In this document: positions 33,642-43,866 of the stretch, piece after piece
How the letters are laid out: each line of letters starts with the position of its first letter
Numbering within the stretch: position 1 is the first letter of the stretch
Source of the DNA: an uncultured delta proteobacterium
Lineage (GTDB): Bacteria; Myxococcota; Kuafuiibacteriia; Kuafuiibacteriales; Kuafuiibacteriaceae
DNA length: 64,000 nt
Assembly (NCBI GenBank): GCA_963803435.1
Contig: CAWDML010000005.1
Coordinates: 352,001 to 416,000, forward strand
Direction: 5' to 3'
The notes under the pieces: generated by a model
The model's database searches: none
What the model saw: only the letters and a program-made list of their open reading frames with translations
What the model was told of the DNA's origin: nothing
Made by a program: the position numbers and the translations under genes

Positions 33642-33843
33642 CTCGCGGTAGCGCTACGCGCTACACGCTCCTAGCCATCGACGGGCGCCGTGCCGTTCGG
33701 CGCGGATGGAGGACGGTATGACCGCCTCTCCCACCCTGAACGGGTGAGGCAGGACGGCTCACTCACGATGAACAGCGGTGCGTCACCACACGTGTTCACA
33801 TTCGGGGAGCAAGGTTGTTTCATCGGACCTTCGGTAGGTAGGC

Positions 33844-35601
33844 GTGGAACCGGAAGAGCTGCGCGAAGCGCTGGTGAACCTGCAGCGCGATCTAGACGCC
33901 GAGCACCTCGGTCGCGTCGAGGCACAGGTGCTGCTCGACGGTGCGCTGCTGCTCACCACGTCGACCGATCCTGCAGCGCTCTTCGCCGACGTCTTCCGCA
34001 CGCTCTCCAAGGTCATCAGTCTGTCGGACGGCATGATCATGCGCCCGAGCCAGGGGGTCCTGATCGCGGAGCACGCCACGCAGGCGGATCTGGTGGGCTT
34101 CGAGCTGCCGCGCACGGAGTTGTTCGACCGGGTGCTATCAGGCCAGACCGTCGCATCCTTCGACATTGCGGACGTGCCGGCGTGGCGAGGCAAGCCCGAG
34201 CCGATCCGCGCGCGCTTCGTCTCGGCGCTGCACGCCCCGATCATCGCGGACGACGCGCGGGCGATCGTGATCTGCGGCCACTCCGAGCGCGCACACTTCA
34301 GCAAGAACGACGTCCGCGTGCTTGGCCGTTTCGTGCCCTTCGCCTCGCAGGCCTGGCACAACCTGCGCTCCGCCGAACGTGAGGAGGCGGCCAAGGCCGA
34401 GCTGAGCCGCGCCAAGGAGCTCGCGGAGGCCGCCAACGTCGCCAAGAGCATGTTCCTCGCGAACATGTCCCACGAGATTCGAACGCCCATGAACGGCATC
34501 GTCGGCATGGCGTCGCTGCTGCTGCACACCCAGCCCACCCGGGAGCAGAAGGAGTACATCGACACGATCCGGCGCTCGTCGCGGGCGCTCCTCGCCATCA
34601 TCAACGACGTCCTCGACCTCTCCAAGATCGAGGCTGGCAAGCTCATCATCGACGAGATCCCGTTCGACGTCCGCAAGCTCCTCGAGGAGATCGCAGCGCT
34701 GATGCGGGGGCGCGTGAGCGTGGGTGTTCAGTTCAAGGTCGAGATCTCGCGGCGCGTGCCCGAGTGCCTGATCGGCGATCCGGGCCGGCTCCGACAGATC
34801 CTGCTCAACCTGATCAGCAACGCCACCAAGTTCACCTCCCGGGGCCACGTGACGGTCACGGTGCGTGTGGAGGACGAGACCGAGCTCGACGCCCGTTTGG
34901 TCCTCACCGTCGAGGACACCGGGATCGGGATCGCCGCCGACAAGCTCGACTACGTCTTCAGGGACTTCACGCAGGAGGACGGCACCACCACTCGGGAGTT
35001 TGGAGGCACCGGCCTCGGGCTGACGATCTCGCGACAGCTCGCCTCCCTCATGGGAGGCCGCCTGGTAGCCTCGAGCGCCAAGGGCAAGGGATCATCGTTC
35101 ACGCTGGAGATTCCGGTCGGCCTGGGCGAGGCCGACATGCTCGACGACAGCGGCGTCATGGCGCTGCCGCCGCCTCGCGCTGTCGTGGCGATCCGTGTGC
35201 TCCTCGCCGAGGACAATGAGGTCAATCAGTGGGTGGCCGTGCGGATGCTCGAGCGTCTGGGCTGCGAGGTTTCCGTGGCGAAGAACGGCGCGGAGGCGGT
35301 CGACATGGTCTTCGCCGACCACTACGACTTCGTGCTCATGGACTGCCAGATGCCGGTGGTCGACGGCTACGCAGCCACCGCGCAGATCCGCGCCCGAGAG
35401 ATGGGAACGCCCCAGCGGATCCCGATCGTGGCGCTGACCGCCCACGCGCTCGCCGAGGATCGGACGCGCTGCCTCAGCGTCGGCATGAACGACTTCATCA
35501 CCAAGCCGGTCGGACTCGACGATCTGCGCGCGGTGGTCGATCGTTACGCAGCGCCGCCGGCCGGCGTGCCCGAGCGGGAGCCCCACCGCTCCCCCACCTG
35601 A
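33844..35601 (+). CDS. hybrid sensor histidine kinase (GAF-like, HisKA, HATPase, REC)
   Basis: [43 protein letters not shown] and LMDCQMP. Confidence 0.95.
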   Translation: MEPEELREALVNLQRDLDAEHLGRVEAQVLLDGALLLTTSTDPAALFADVFRTLSKVISLSDGMIMRPSQGVLIAEHATQADLVGFELPRTELFDRVLSGQTVASFDIADVPAWRGKPEPIRARFVSALHAPIIADDARAIVICGHSERAHFSKNDVRVLGRFVPFASQAWHNLRSAEREEAAKAELSRAKELAEAANVAKSMFLANMSHEIRTPMNGIVGMASLLLHTQPTREQKEYIDTIRRSSRALLAIINDVLDLSKIEAGKLIIDEIPFDVRKLLEEIAALMRGRVSVGVQFKVEISRRVPECLIGDPGRLRQILLNLISNATKFTSRGHVTVTVRVEDETELDARLVLTVEDTGIGIAADKLDYVFRDFTQEDGTTTREFGGTGLGLTISRQLASLMGGRLVASSAKGKGSSFTLEIPVGLGEADMLDDSGVMALPPPRAVVAIRVLLAEDNEVNQWVAVRMLERLGCEVSVAKNGAEAVDMVFADHYDFVLMDCQMPVVDGYAATAQIRAREMGTPQRIPIVALTAHALAEDRTRCLSVGMNDFITKPVGLDDLRAVVDRYAAPPAGVPEREPHRSPT

Positions 35602-35610
35602 GGCCCCTGG

Positions 35611-36873
35611 TCAGCGAACCAGGAGCGACTCCAGCTGTGGGAGGCGGGGGACGATCCGCTTGCTGGTCTCGATGCCGCGGAGCACCTTGATCGGATCCTT
35701 GAGCCAGGTGTCGGGCGCGGTCCGGCCCAGGCGCTGGAGGATGCGGCCGATCGGATGTCTCAGCGCCGGCTGGGTCTTGACGATTCGGCACAGCAGATCC
35801 GAGCCCGCGGAGATCAGCGGACCGGCGCCGTAGCGAGGCTGGCCCAGCCCGAACACGTAGAGGTTCTTGTGGTTCGGAGGAAAGATCCCCTCGATCAGCT
35901 GCGGGTAGCCGTCCTTCCACTCCAGGACGTCGGCGTCGAGCATCGGGAGGCTCACGTGGAAGCCCGTCGCAGCCACGATCAGGTCAAACTCCTGGCGGCG
36001 GCCGTCGGTGAACTCGACGATCCGCCCGTCGTACCGTGCAATGTCGCGCTCGGGGCGGATGCGGCCGTGCTTGATGAAGTAGAGGAGCTGTGAGTTGAGC
36101 GTCGGATGGCGCTCGAAGATCTTGTGGTCGGGCCTCGGCAACCCGTAGCGCTCGTAGCGACCGAACACGATCCGCACCAGGGCGCGGATGAAGAGCCGCT
36201 GCGCCCACAGCGGGAAGAACGGTCGCAGATATTCGACGGTGGGGACGCCGAGGAGCGTCTTGGGCAGGAACCAGTATCCGCGCCGAAGGCTGATGTGCGA
36301 GCAGGCCGCGAACCGCGCCGCCTCGACGGCCACGTCGCAAGCCGAGTTGCCGCCGCCGATCACGAGCACCCGCCTGCCGCGGAGGAGGTCCGGGCTCTTG
36401 TAGTCCTTGGAGTGGATCAGCTCGCCGGTGAACGTGCCCGGATAGGTGGGAATGCGCTTGTCCCAGTGGTGCCCGTTGCAGATGACGACGCCGCGATACC
36501 GGCGCGTCTCGCCGCCGCGCAGGCTGACCTCCCACGCGTCGCCCGGCGCCGGTCGCACGTGCTCGACGAACGTGCGGAGCTGGACGTGCTCGCGGATCGC
36601 CATTCGGTCGCAGTAGTCGCGCAGGTACGCCAGCATCTGCGCGGCGCTGGGAAAGTCCGGGTAGTCGTCCGGCATCGGGTAGTCGGAGTACTCGGTGGTC
36701 TTCTTCGACGAGATGATGTGCGCGGTCTCGTAGACGCCGTGGTACCAGTTGCCTCCCACGTCGTCGTCGGCCTCCAGGAGGTCGAACGGGATCCCGTGGC
36801 TCGACATCGCGGCCGCCACGCCCAGCCCGGAGAAGCCGCCGCCGATGATGCAGTAGCGCTGTTCGGTCGACAT
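35611..36873 (-). CDS. flavin-containing monooxygenase (class B)
   Basis: GGGFSG, GGNW, FTGELIHSKDYK fingerprint, GGGNSACD and ATGF. Confidence 0.93.
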   Translation of the reverse strand: MSTEQRYCIIGGGFSGLGVAAAMSSHGIPFDLLEADDDVGGNWYHGVYETAHIISSKKTTEYSDYPMPDDYPDFPSAAQMLAYLRDYCDRMAIREHVQLRTFVEHVRPAPGDAWEVSLRGGETRRYRGVVICNGHHWDKRIPTYPGTFTGELIHSKDYKSPDLLRGRRVLVIGGGNSACDVAVEAARFAACSHISLRRGYWFLPKTLLGVPTVEYLRPFFPLWAQRLFIRALVRIVFGRYERYGLPRPDHKIFERHPTLNSQLLYFIKHGRIRPERDIARYDGRIVEFTDGRRQEFDLIVAATGFHVSLPMLDADVLEWKDGYPQLIEGIFPPNHKNLYVFGLGQPRYGAGPLISAGSDLLCRIVKTQPALRHPIGRILQRLGRTAPDTWLKDPIKVLRGIETSKRIVPRLPQLESLLVR

Positions 36874-36883
36874 GGCGGCGCCC

Positions 36884-37708
36884 TTACCCAGCCAGCCGGC
36901 CGGTGCTCGCGAGATACGACGCGGCGAGGTGATAGTTGTCGTTGTGGTCGGGGTGAAAGCCGGGACGCAGGTACGCCGCGACCGCGCGCCGTAGGAGGCG
37001 GCTCGTGTGGCTCCGGCGCTTCGCCTCGAGCGCGCGCCGATGGCGCCGCCGCTCCGCCTTCGAGAGGCCAGTCTCCTGCTTCATCAGCATGCGGGCGCCG
37101 AGCATCCAGAACGTCATCAGGCCGGCCAGCCCGATCGCCATGCCGGCGATCCGGACGGCGTAGCGCGGATCGACCTTGGCGAGCACGTCGAACGCCACCG
37201 ACTTGTGCTCGATCTCCTCGGCTGCGTGCCACCTGAGCAGCGCGCGCATCACCGGGTGGGCCTCTTCGAGGAAGTTGTCCGAGAGCGCGCTCTCACCGAG
37301 CGACGCGGTGAGATGCTCGAGGGCGACCGTGATCGAGAGGTTGATGTTGGGCGGGAAGAACCGCTCGAGGCTGGGCAGCGCCACCTCCTCGTAGAAGTGG
37401 AGGAACCGCGAGACATCGTAGCCCTGCCGCTGGATCATCTCGAAGCTCCGCGTGTGCTCCTGTCCGTGTCGCGCCTCTTGCCCGAAGAATGCGCGCACCC
37501 GTTCGCGGAGCTCCGGATCGTCCTCGATCCGATCGAGGTAGTGCTTCACGCTCCGGATGAAGAAGCGCTCCCCCTCGGGAAACACGAGATGGAGCCCGTT
37601 GGCGACGTGCGTCGCGACCGGGTTGCCCATGAACCACCACCGGGGGACGGCCTCCGGGTCGAAGTCGAAGCTCATCTTCCGCACGGTGATCGCGTGCCGG
37701 CCGCTCAT
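36884..37708 (-). CDS. predicted metal-dependent hydrolase family (ferritin-like, ExxH motifs)
   Basis: FPEGERFFIRSV, GQEARHGQEH, ALEHLTA, WHAAEEIEHKSVAFD and YLRPGFHP. Confidence 0.85.
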   Translation of the reverse strand: MSGRHAITVRKMSFDFDPEAVPRWWFMGNPVATHVANGLHLVFPEGERFFIRSVKHYLDRIEDDPELRERVRAFFGQEARHGQEHTRSFEMIQRQGYDVSRFLHFYEEVALPSLERFFPPNINLSITVALEHLTASLGESALSDNFLEEAHPVMRALLRWHAAEEIEHKSVAFDVLAKVDPRYAVRIAGMAIGLAGLMTFWMLGARMLMKQETGLSKAERRRHRRALEAKRRSHTSRLLRRAVAAYLRPGFHPDHNDNYHLAASYLASTGRLAG

Positions 37709-37755
37709 TGAATCCAATTCAATAGGATTCTAGCGGTTATTGAACACAAGTCAAT
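37707..37755. promoter_or_regulatory. paired palindromic operators ATTGA-N7-TCAAT (probable TetR sites)
   Basis: ATTGAATCCAATTCAAT (37707-37723) and ATTGAACACAAGTCAAT (37739-37755) in the AT-rich gap between divergent genes. Confidence 0.8.
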
Positions 37756-37775
37756 AGCGGGCTAACTTATGGAGG

Positions 37776-38396
37776 ATGGTGCGGAAACGGCTGGAGCTGG
37801 ACGAGCGCCGGACGCAGCTGCTCGAGCTTGGGCTCGAGCTCTTTTCGAACCGCTCCTATCACGACGTCTCCATCGACGACATCGCCGCCGCCGCCGGGAT
37901 CTCGAAGGGCCTGCTCTACCACTACTTCCCGACGAAGCGCGCGTTCTACGTCGCCACGGTTCGACAGGCCGCGGGCGGGCTGGTGGCGGCGACCGAGCCC
38001 AACATGAACCTGCCCGCCAGGGAGCGGGCCTATGCGGGGATGTCGGCGTACCTCGATTACGTCGAGGCCCACGCCTTCGCATACCAGGCGCTCCTGCGCT
38101 CGGGCGTCGGTGTCGACGAAGAGGTGGCCGCCATCATCGAAGACACGCGCAGCCGCATCAGCGAGCGGATGCAGCGCGTGCTCGGTCTGGCGGCGCCGCG
38201 TCCGATCTTCCGCACCTTGTTCCGCGCCTTCATCGGCTCGGTCGAGACCGCCAGCCTCGACTGGCTCGACCATCGGGACGTCGACCGAGAGCAGCTGTTG
38301 CGCATGCTGCTGGCGCTCCTCTACTGGACGGTCCGAACGGCAATGTCGTTCGATCCAGAGGCGGGGATCAGGCTCGACGTCGAGCCGCCGTTCTAA
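37776..38396 (+). CDS. TetR/AcrR family transcriptional regulator
   Basis: HTH SIDDIAAAAGISKGLLYHYFPTK. Confidence 0.95.
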   Translation: MVRKRLELDERRTQLLELGLELFSNRSYHDVSIDDIAAAAGISKGLLYHYFPTKRAFYVATVRQAAGGLVAATEPNMNLPARERAYAGMSAYLDYVEAHAFAYQALLRSGVGVDEEVAAIIEDTRSRISERMQRVLGLAAPRPIFRTLFRAFIGSVETASLDWLDHRDVDREQLLRMLLALLYWTVRTAMSFDPEAGIRLDVEPPF

Positions 38397-40957
38397 CCCA
38401 GGAACGCGACCAGCTGCGGCGTGATCCGCGCGTACAGCTCCTCGCGCTGATCCAGCCCTTCGAGCGCCCGGGCCAGCGCGCGCTCGGCGCCGATCGGCGG
38501 GTGCGCCTCGAAGAACGATACAATCTCCGCGCGGCGATCGCCGGGGAGGTGGCCGACGGCCTCCACCACTCGCGAGATGCCCATGTCCCCCACGCGCGCC
38601 CGGAGCGAATCCCAATGCGCGCGCAGATACTCCCACGCCGGGACCCGCCCGTGGCGCGTTCCGAGGAGCTGTCCCAGGATCGATCCGACCGCCTCCTGCG
38701 GAATGACGCCGTCGTCGAGGTGCGCCAGCGTCCGGGCGGTGAGCTCCCTGGGGCGGAACGCCGCCATCGTGTAGAGATATCGCAGGCTGTCCTGCGGTGC
38801 CGATCCCTTCGACTTGCGCGCCAGATACGTGGGGGCCCAGGTCTCGTAGCGGGCGGCGTCGCCGAACTTGGCGGCCACGCCGACGAAGGTGCCCGCCAGG
38901 TTCGGATCGACGCGGCGCGGCTCTGCCTGCTCGCGCGCGGCCCACTCTTCACACAGCTCGACCGCACGGGCGACCCGGGCCAGCGAGGCGACCGCGTGGA
39001 TGGTGAGCGCGCGGCGCTGGAGATCGTTCTGCGACTCTCCCTTCTTCGGCTCCCAGCCCAGCTCCTCGAGCTCGGGCTCGAACAGCGACGCCACGTAGGC
39101 GCGAAGCTTGGCGATGGCGCGCGCGTCCTCCGCGTCCTCGAGCACGCGGTCGAGCGTGCCGAGACGATCGACGAGCGCGCGCACCACGTTGTGGTCCTCG
39201 CTCTTCGAGAGCCCTGCGATCACCGGAACGAAGCGATCGATCGTGCTCGCGCCGTTCCGCACCAGCGCCCACTGGTCCTCGATCAGTCCCATCTGCTCGA
39301 CCGGCGCCAGCACCTCGGCGGCGCGGGAGAGCAGCGCCTCGGCCGCCGGCCCGCGCGTATCGACCCGATAGAAGCCGATCTCGTCGGCGTTGGCGTAGCA
39401 CCACTTCACCGGGCCGCTCGCGGGCAGCGTCGCCGACCTGGTCCGTTCGCCCATGATGAAGCGGAAGACATGCGTGCCGCGATCGTCGGCGTAGCGGACC
39501 ACCATCGGCACGTTCCACAGCTGCTCGTTCTTTCCTTCGGACGTGCCCGGGCTGGAGAAGAACCGCCGCTGTGAGAGGGAGAGCTCCGTACCGGAGACCT
39601 CGACGCTGACCATCGGGAAGCCGGGCTGGTCGATCCAGCTCCGCATCAGCTCGCCCACCGGCTCCCCGGAGGCGGTCGCCAGGTGATCCCAGAGATCCGC
39701 GCCGGCCGCGTTCTTCCGCGCGAACGCCTTCATGTACGTCCGGATGCCGTCGCGGAACTTCTCCTCACCGAGGAAGTTCTCGAGCATCCGCATCACCGCG
39801 CAGCCCTTCTGGTACGTGATGACGTCGAACATCTCGATCGCCTCGCCGGGCGTGGCCACCGGTGCGTAGATCGGATGCGTGGTGGGGAGGGCGTCGTCGA
39901 CCAGCGCCCGGTTCTTGTCGGCCTGGAAGTCGTTCCATACCTGATAGTCCGGCGCGTTGGCGTGGGTGGCCTTGTGAGCGAACCACTCGGCGAAGGCCTC
40001 GTTCAGCCACAGATCGTCCCACCACTTCATGGTGACGAGGTTGCCGAACCACATGTGCGCGAGCTCGTGCGCGATGACCTTCGCGATCAGCTTCTCCTGG
40101 GTCCAGGAGGCCGCGTCAGGGTCCATCAAGAGCAGGTTCTGGCGGAACAGCACCAGCCCGACGTTCTCCATGGCGCCGGCGTCGAAGCCCGGCACCGCCA
40201 CCTGGTCGTACTTCTTGTAGGCGTACTTCACGTCGAAGTAGGACTCGAACCAGGGGATCAGCTTCGCCGTGAACTGGTGCGCGAAGTGGGTCTGCGCCTT
40301 CTTGCCGCGCATCGCCCAGACGCGCACCGGCACGCCGCCGGCGACGCTCTGATCGCTCCCCTCGAACTCGCCGACGACGAGCGCTGCCAGATAGCTCGAC
40401 ACCAGATCCGTCTCCGAGAAGTGCCAGATCTTCTCGTCGCCGACCTCCTCCGTCTTCTCCAGCTCGCCGTTGGCGAGCGCCACCATGTCGGGACGGGTCC
40501 GGATCGTCCACGCGAGGTGTGCCTTGAACTCGGGCTCGTCGAAGCAGGGGAAGATGCCGCGCGCATCGGTGGCCTCGCACTGGGTGCAGATGGCGCGCTC
40601 CGTCCCATCCTTCGCCAGGTAGAGGCCGTGCATCCCGGGGTTCGGCTTGCCCGAGAAGCGCGTGGTGAGCTGGAAGCGGCCGGCAGGCAGCGCGCGCTCG
40701 GCGATGAACTGCACCGTCTCCGTCTCGGGATCCATCGCGGCGCGGGCATCGATCGTCTCGTCGCCGACGACGAAGAAAGGTTCCTCGATCGTGAGCCCCT
40801 TCGCGTGCATCTCGACGCGATCGGTCTCGACCTCGGCGATCAGATCCATCGAGACGGCGCCTTCGAAGGCGTCCCACGCGGGGTGCGCGGAGATGTCGAC
40901 GTGGTACCGTTCGGGACGGACGGTCTTAGGGAGGCGGTGCGGTTTGGGGCCCCTCAT
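38393..40957 (-). CDS. M1 family aminopeptidase
   Basis: TQCE, FPCFDEP, GAMEN, HELAHMWFGN..WLNEAFA, YQKG and an ERAP1_C-like C-terminus. Confidence 0.95.
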   Translation of the reverse strand: MRGPKPHRLPKTVRPERYHVDISAHPAWDAFEGAVSMDLIAEVETDRVEMHAKGLTIEEPFFVVGDETIDARAAMDPETETVQFIAERALPAGRFQLTTRFSGKPNPGMHGLYLAKDGTERAICTQCEATDARGIFPCFDEPEFKAHLAWTIRTRPDMVALANGELEKTEEVGDEKIWHFSETDLVSSYLAALVVGEFEGSDQSVAGGVPVRVWAMRGKKAQTHFAHQFTAKLIPWFESYFDVKYAYKKYDQVAVPGFDAGAMENVGLVLFRQNLLLMDPDAASWTQEKLIAKVIAHELAHMWFGNLVTMKWWDDLWLNEAFAEWFAHKATHANAPDYQVWNDFQADKNRALVDDALPTTHPIYAPVATPGEAIEMFDVITYQKGCAVMRMLENFLGEEKFRDGIRTYMKAFARKNAAGADLWDHLATASGEPVGELMRSWIDQPGFPMVSVEVSGTELSLSQRRFFSSPGTSEGKNEQLWNVPMVVRYADDRGTHVFRFIMGERTRSATLPASGPVKWCYANADEIGFYRVDTRGPAAEALLSRAAEVLAPVEQMGLIEDQWALVRNGASTIDRFVPVIAGLSKSEDHNVVRALVDRLGTLDRVLEDAEDARAIAKLRAYVASLFEPELEELGWEPKKGESQNDLQRRALTIHAVASLARVARAVELCEEWAAREQAEPRRVDPNLAGTFVGVAAKFGDAARYETWAPTYLARKSKGSAPQDSLRYLYTMAAFRPRELTARTLAHLDDGVIPQEAVGSILGQLLGTRHGRVPAWEYLRAHWDSLRARVGDMGISRVVEAVGHLPGDRRAEIVSFFEAHPPIGAERALARALEGLDQREELYARITPQLVAFLG

Positions 40958-40974
40958 GGGAGCCCAAAGATATA

Positions 40975-41421
40975 CTACGCGGGCAGCTCGATCCCGATCA
41001 GGCGGAGGATCAAGCGCACCAGGAACATCGGGTCGCTGATGATGCGGCCGTACATGATGTACGCGGCCACGAACCCGGCGGTGAGGGTCAGCGTCCCGAC
41101 GACGAAGCTGGAGACGGCCGCGTGCACCAGGCCGATGGCCCAGGCGAGGAGCGGCTTCACCTCGTAGATGACCTTGATCGCGATCGTCTGGGCGACCCAC
41201 ACGAACAGCGGGATCATCATCGTCAGCATCCAGCTGTCGGCGTGGAGCATCCAGCGGACCGGGATCGCCAGGAGCGCCGTGACCAATCCGTAGGCAAAGG
41301 CGTTGTCCCAGCCGTTGTCGAGCCGGCCGCCGCCCAGGATGCGGACGGTGCCGCGCAGCATCACGGCCCAGACCAGGGTGACGACGGCAAACGTGATCCA
41401 GGCGGCTGCAGTCAGGCTCAT
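40975..41421 (-). CDS. small multi-pass membrane hypothetical protein
   Basis: 148-aa ORF with about 4 hydrophobic helices, GGAGG upstream, co-oriented with its neighbours. Confidence 0.75.
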   Translation of the reverse strand: MSLTAAAWITFAVVTLVWAVMLRGTVRILGGGRLDNGWDNAFAYGLVTALLAIPVRWMLHADSWMLTMMIPLFVWVAQTIAIKVIYEVKPLLAWAIGLVHAAVSSFVVGTLTLTAGFVAAYIMYGRIISDPMFLVRLILRLIGIELPA

Positions 41422-41506
41422 GTCTCTACCTCCAACGCGCGGAGCTCCGGAAGGATTCGCGAGTTCTTAGGATACGCCGGCGCGCGGCGATTCGACCTAT
41501 GGGGTT

Positions 41507-43787
41507 TCACCGCTTGCTCCCGGCCGGGTCGACCCGCTCCACGCGACCCTTTCCGCTGGAGCTGGCGATGGATCGGGCCACCCGCAGGGCTTCCTTCAGC
41601 TTCTTCTGGGGGGTGTGCTCTCCGCTGGGCTCCTTGGGCTGCTCCTCGACCGAGCGCCGCTCGAGCGTGTCCCGGGTCCGCCGGATCAGCGCGGCCAGGT
41701 CGAGCTTGGGCAGGAGGTCCGAGGCGGGCACCGGCTCCTCGCGAAATTCATACGTGCCCCACCGCCACTCCAGGACCTCGACCAGGCGGGCGCTCAGGTT
41801 CTTGCCGAGCTCCTCCTCCAGGACCTCGCGGGTCAGCAGGCCCAGCTCGAGCAGCTTGCCGGTGAGGAGCGTGCCGCTTCGCTCGGCGGCGCCGAGGGCA
41901 TGGTCGAGATCGCGACGGGTGATGAGCCGCGACTTCACGAGGTGCTCGCCGATCAGCTCCATCCCCATGTTCGAGGTGATGCCCATCGGTGAGCCGCTGC
42001 AGATCTGCACGCGCTTCCAGATCAAGCCGCAGCGGAACTCGAGCGTTCCCGAAAGATTGCCGCCGGTGATCGTCTCGAGCACGTCGACGGCGGGTGTGTC
42101 CTCGAGCTTCCCGGTCAACGGCACGCCGCCCAGCGACGGGATCGGTGTGTTGCCGAGAAGCGACTGCGACGTGTCGGCGGGCAGCTCCGGCAGGTCCGGC
42201 TCGAAGTCGGGACGCGGCGGCTTCATCGACGGGATCGTCGGCGTGGTGTGCGGATCGAAGTCGCGGCGCTCGTGTGAGGAGAACTCGACCCAGGCGCTGT
42301 CGCCGATCTGTTTCGCCTCGACGCGAAGCTCGGGCTCGGAGACCACGAGCAGCTCGGGCTGAACGTCGATCTCCGGTGAGTGAGCGGTGACCGGGGAGGG
42401 CGTGGGGGCCGAGCTGAGATCGTTCGGCAGCTCGACGAGCTCCGGCACCGGCGTCATCACCACGGGATCGGCGGCCCGCGGAGCCAAGGGCTTGGCCGTG
42501 TCCGTGGGCGCGTCGTCGAGCTCCGGCGCCAGGATGGGGACCTCGAGAATCCGACGGAAGATCCGAATGCAGCTCCTCCAGCTCGGGCATCGGGGTGAGG
42601 GAGCTGGTGTCGATGTTCCGCGCTTCGGTGGCCGATTCCAGCTGATGCGCCACCTGGTTCCCCGTGTCCGTGCGCTCCTGCGGCGTCCGTGGGGCTGGGA
42701 GCATCCGGCGTTCGGCGCGGACCGAGGGCGCCATCGGCGATGGGCGCTGGGACTCCGTCGACTCGGGATAGAGACGGTGGCGCGTGAAGAAGACCGACAG
42801 CACCCAGGGCGTCGCGTGGCGGCCGCTCCGCATGAGCCACGCCTCGAGCGCGTTCGCCATGTCCTGGGCCGTCGTGTAGCGCCGCTCGGGCGCGGTGGCG
42901 GTGGCGCGCTCGACGATGCGTCGGAGATCCTCCGGTACCCCTTCGCGTTCGAGGCGATACATCGGAACGCCCTGGTTCACGATCTTCCACATCACCTCGT
43001 ACGCGGTCTTGCCCGTGAAGCACTCCCGCCCGGACAGCAGCTCGAACAGCATCACGCCGGCCGCATAGATATCGGTCTGGATGCTGCACTCCTCACCTGC
43101 GATGTACTCGGGTGCAAGATATGCATACTTGCCCTTCACCAGGCCCGGCTCGGTCTTCTCCTGGATGCGGCCGCGCATCCGCACCACGCCGAAGTCCGCC
43201 AGCTTCACGTGACCGCTGGTGCTGACGAGGACGTTCGCCGGGTTCACGTCCCGGTGGATGATCTCGAGGGGGGCCCCGTCGGGCCCGAGCGCGGTGTGGG
43301 CGTGGTGAAGACCGCGCAGAACCTCGGCGACGATGAACACGGCCAGCTCGAAGGGGAGCGCCTCGCGCCGGGCGCGGAGCTTGGTGTTGACGCGGCGAAG
43401 GTCCGTACCCTCCACGTATTCGAGCGCGACGAACACGCTGCCCTCGAATTCATCGATGTCCAAGATCGAGACGATGTTCGGATGATCGAAGCAGGCGGTG
43501 GCGCGGGCTTCGTCGAGCAACATTTTTTCGAGTTGTTTACTGTCGGTGCGCGATCGTTTGACGCGTTTGATCACCGCGCGTCTCACCACACCAAAGGAAG
43601 ACATCTTGTGAGCGACGAACAGGTCCGCCATGCTGCCGCCGCCCAGCCGGGCGACGACTTGGTAGGCGCCGATCATGGGCGGCAACGGGCTGTGCGACGT
43701 GCTCGAGAAGCCGCCGTCGTCGTCGGGCGGATCGATCGCGCCGGCCGCCGACGCGGGCGCCTCTCGATCAGCTCCGGACCCAGACAC
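41507..43787 (-). CDS. Ser/Thr kinase with C-terminal DUF4388-type domain, apparent frameshift at ~42549
   Basis: HRDVNPAN, ADFGVV and GKYAYLAPE. ORF 41507..42487 carries SGTLEF..IGEHLV..EWRWGTYEF and joins if one base is removed at 42547-42551. Confidence 0.85.
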
Positions 43788-43866
43788 GGATTAGAGAGAA
43801 CACAGTCCCGAAAACCCAGTCAACGCCGCACCTTGGATGACCATTCGTTACGCGGGTTCGCCGCGG

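Larger units (their letters stand above)
31650..33670 (-). mobile_element. IS1182-family element carrying a four-helix-bundle passenger gene
   Basis: CTAG at 31646-31649 and 33671-33674, TIR GAGCGTGTAGCGCGTA, inverted subterminal hexamer arrays, transposase plus divergent second gene, and visibly lower GC than the flanks. Confidence 0.9.
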
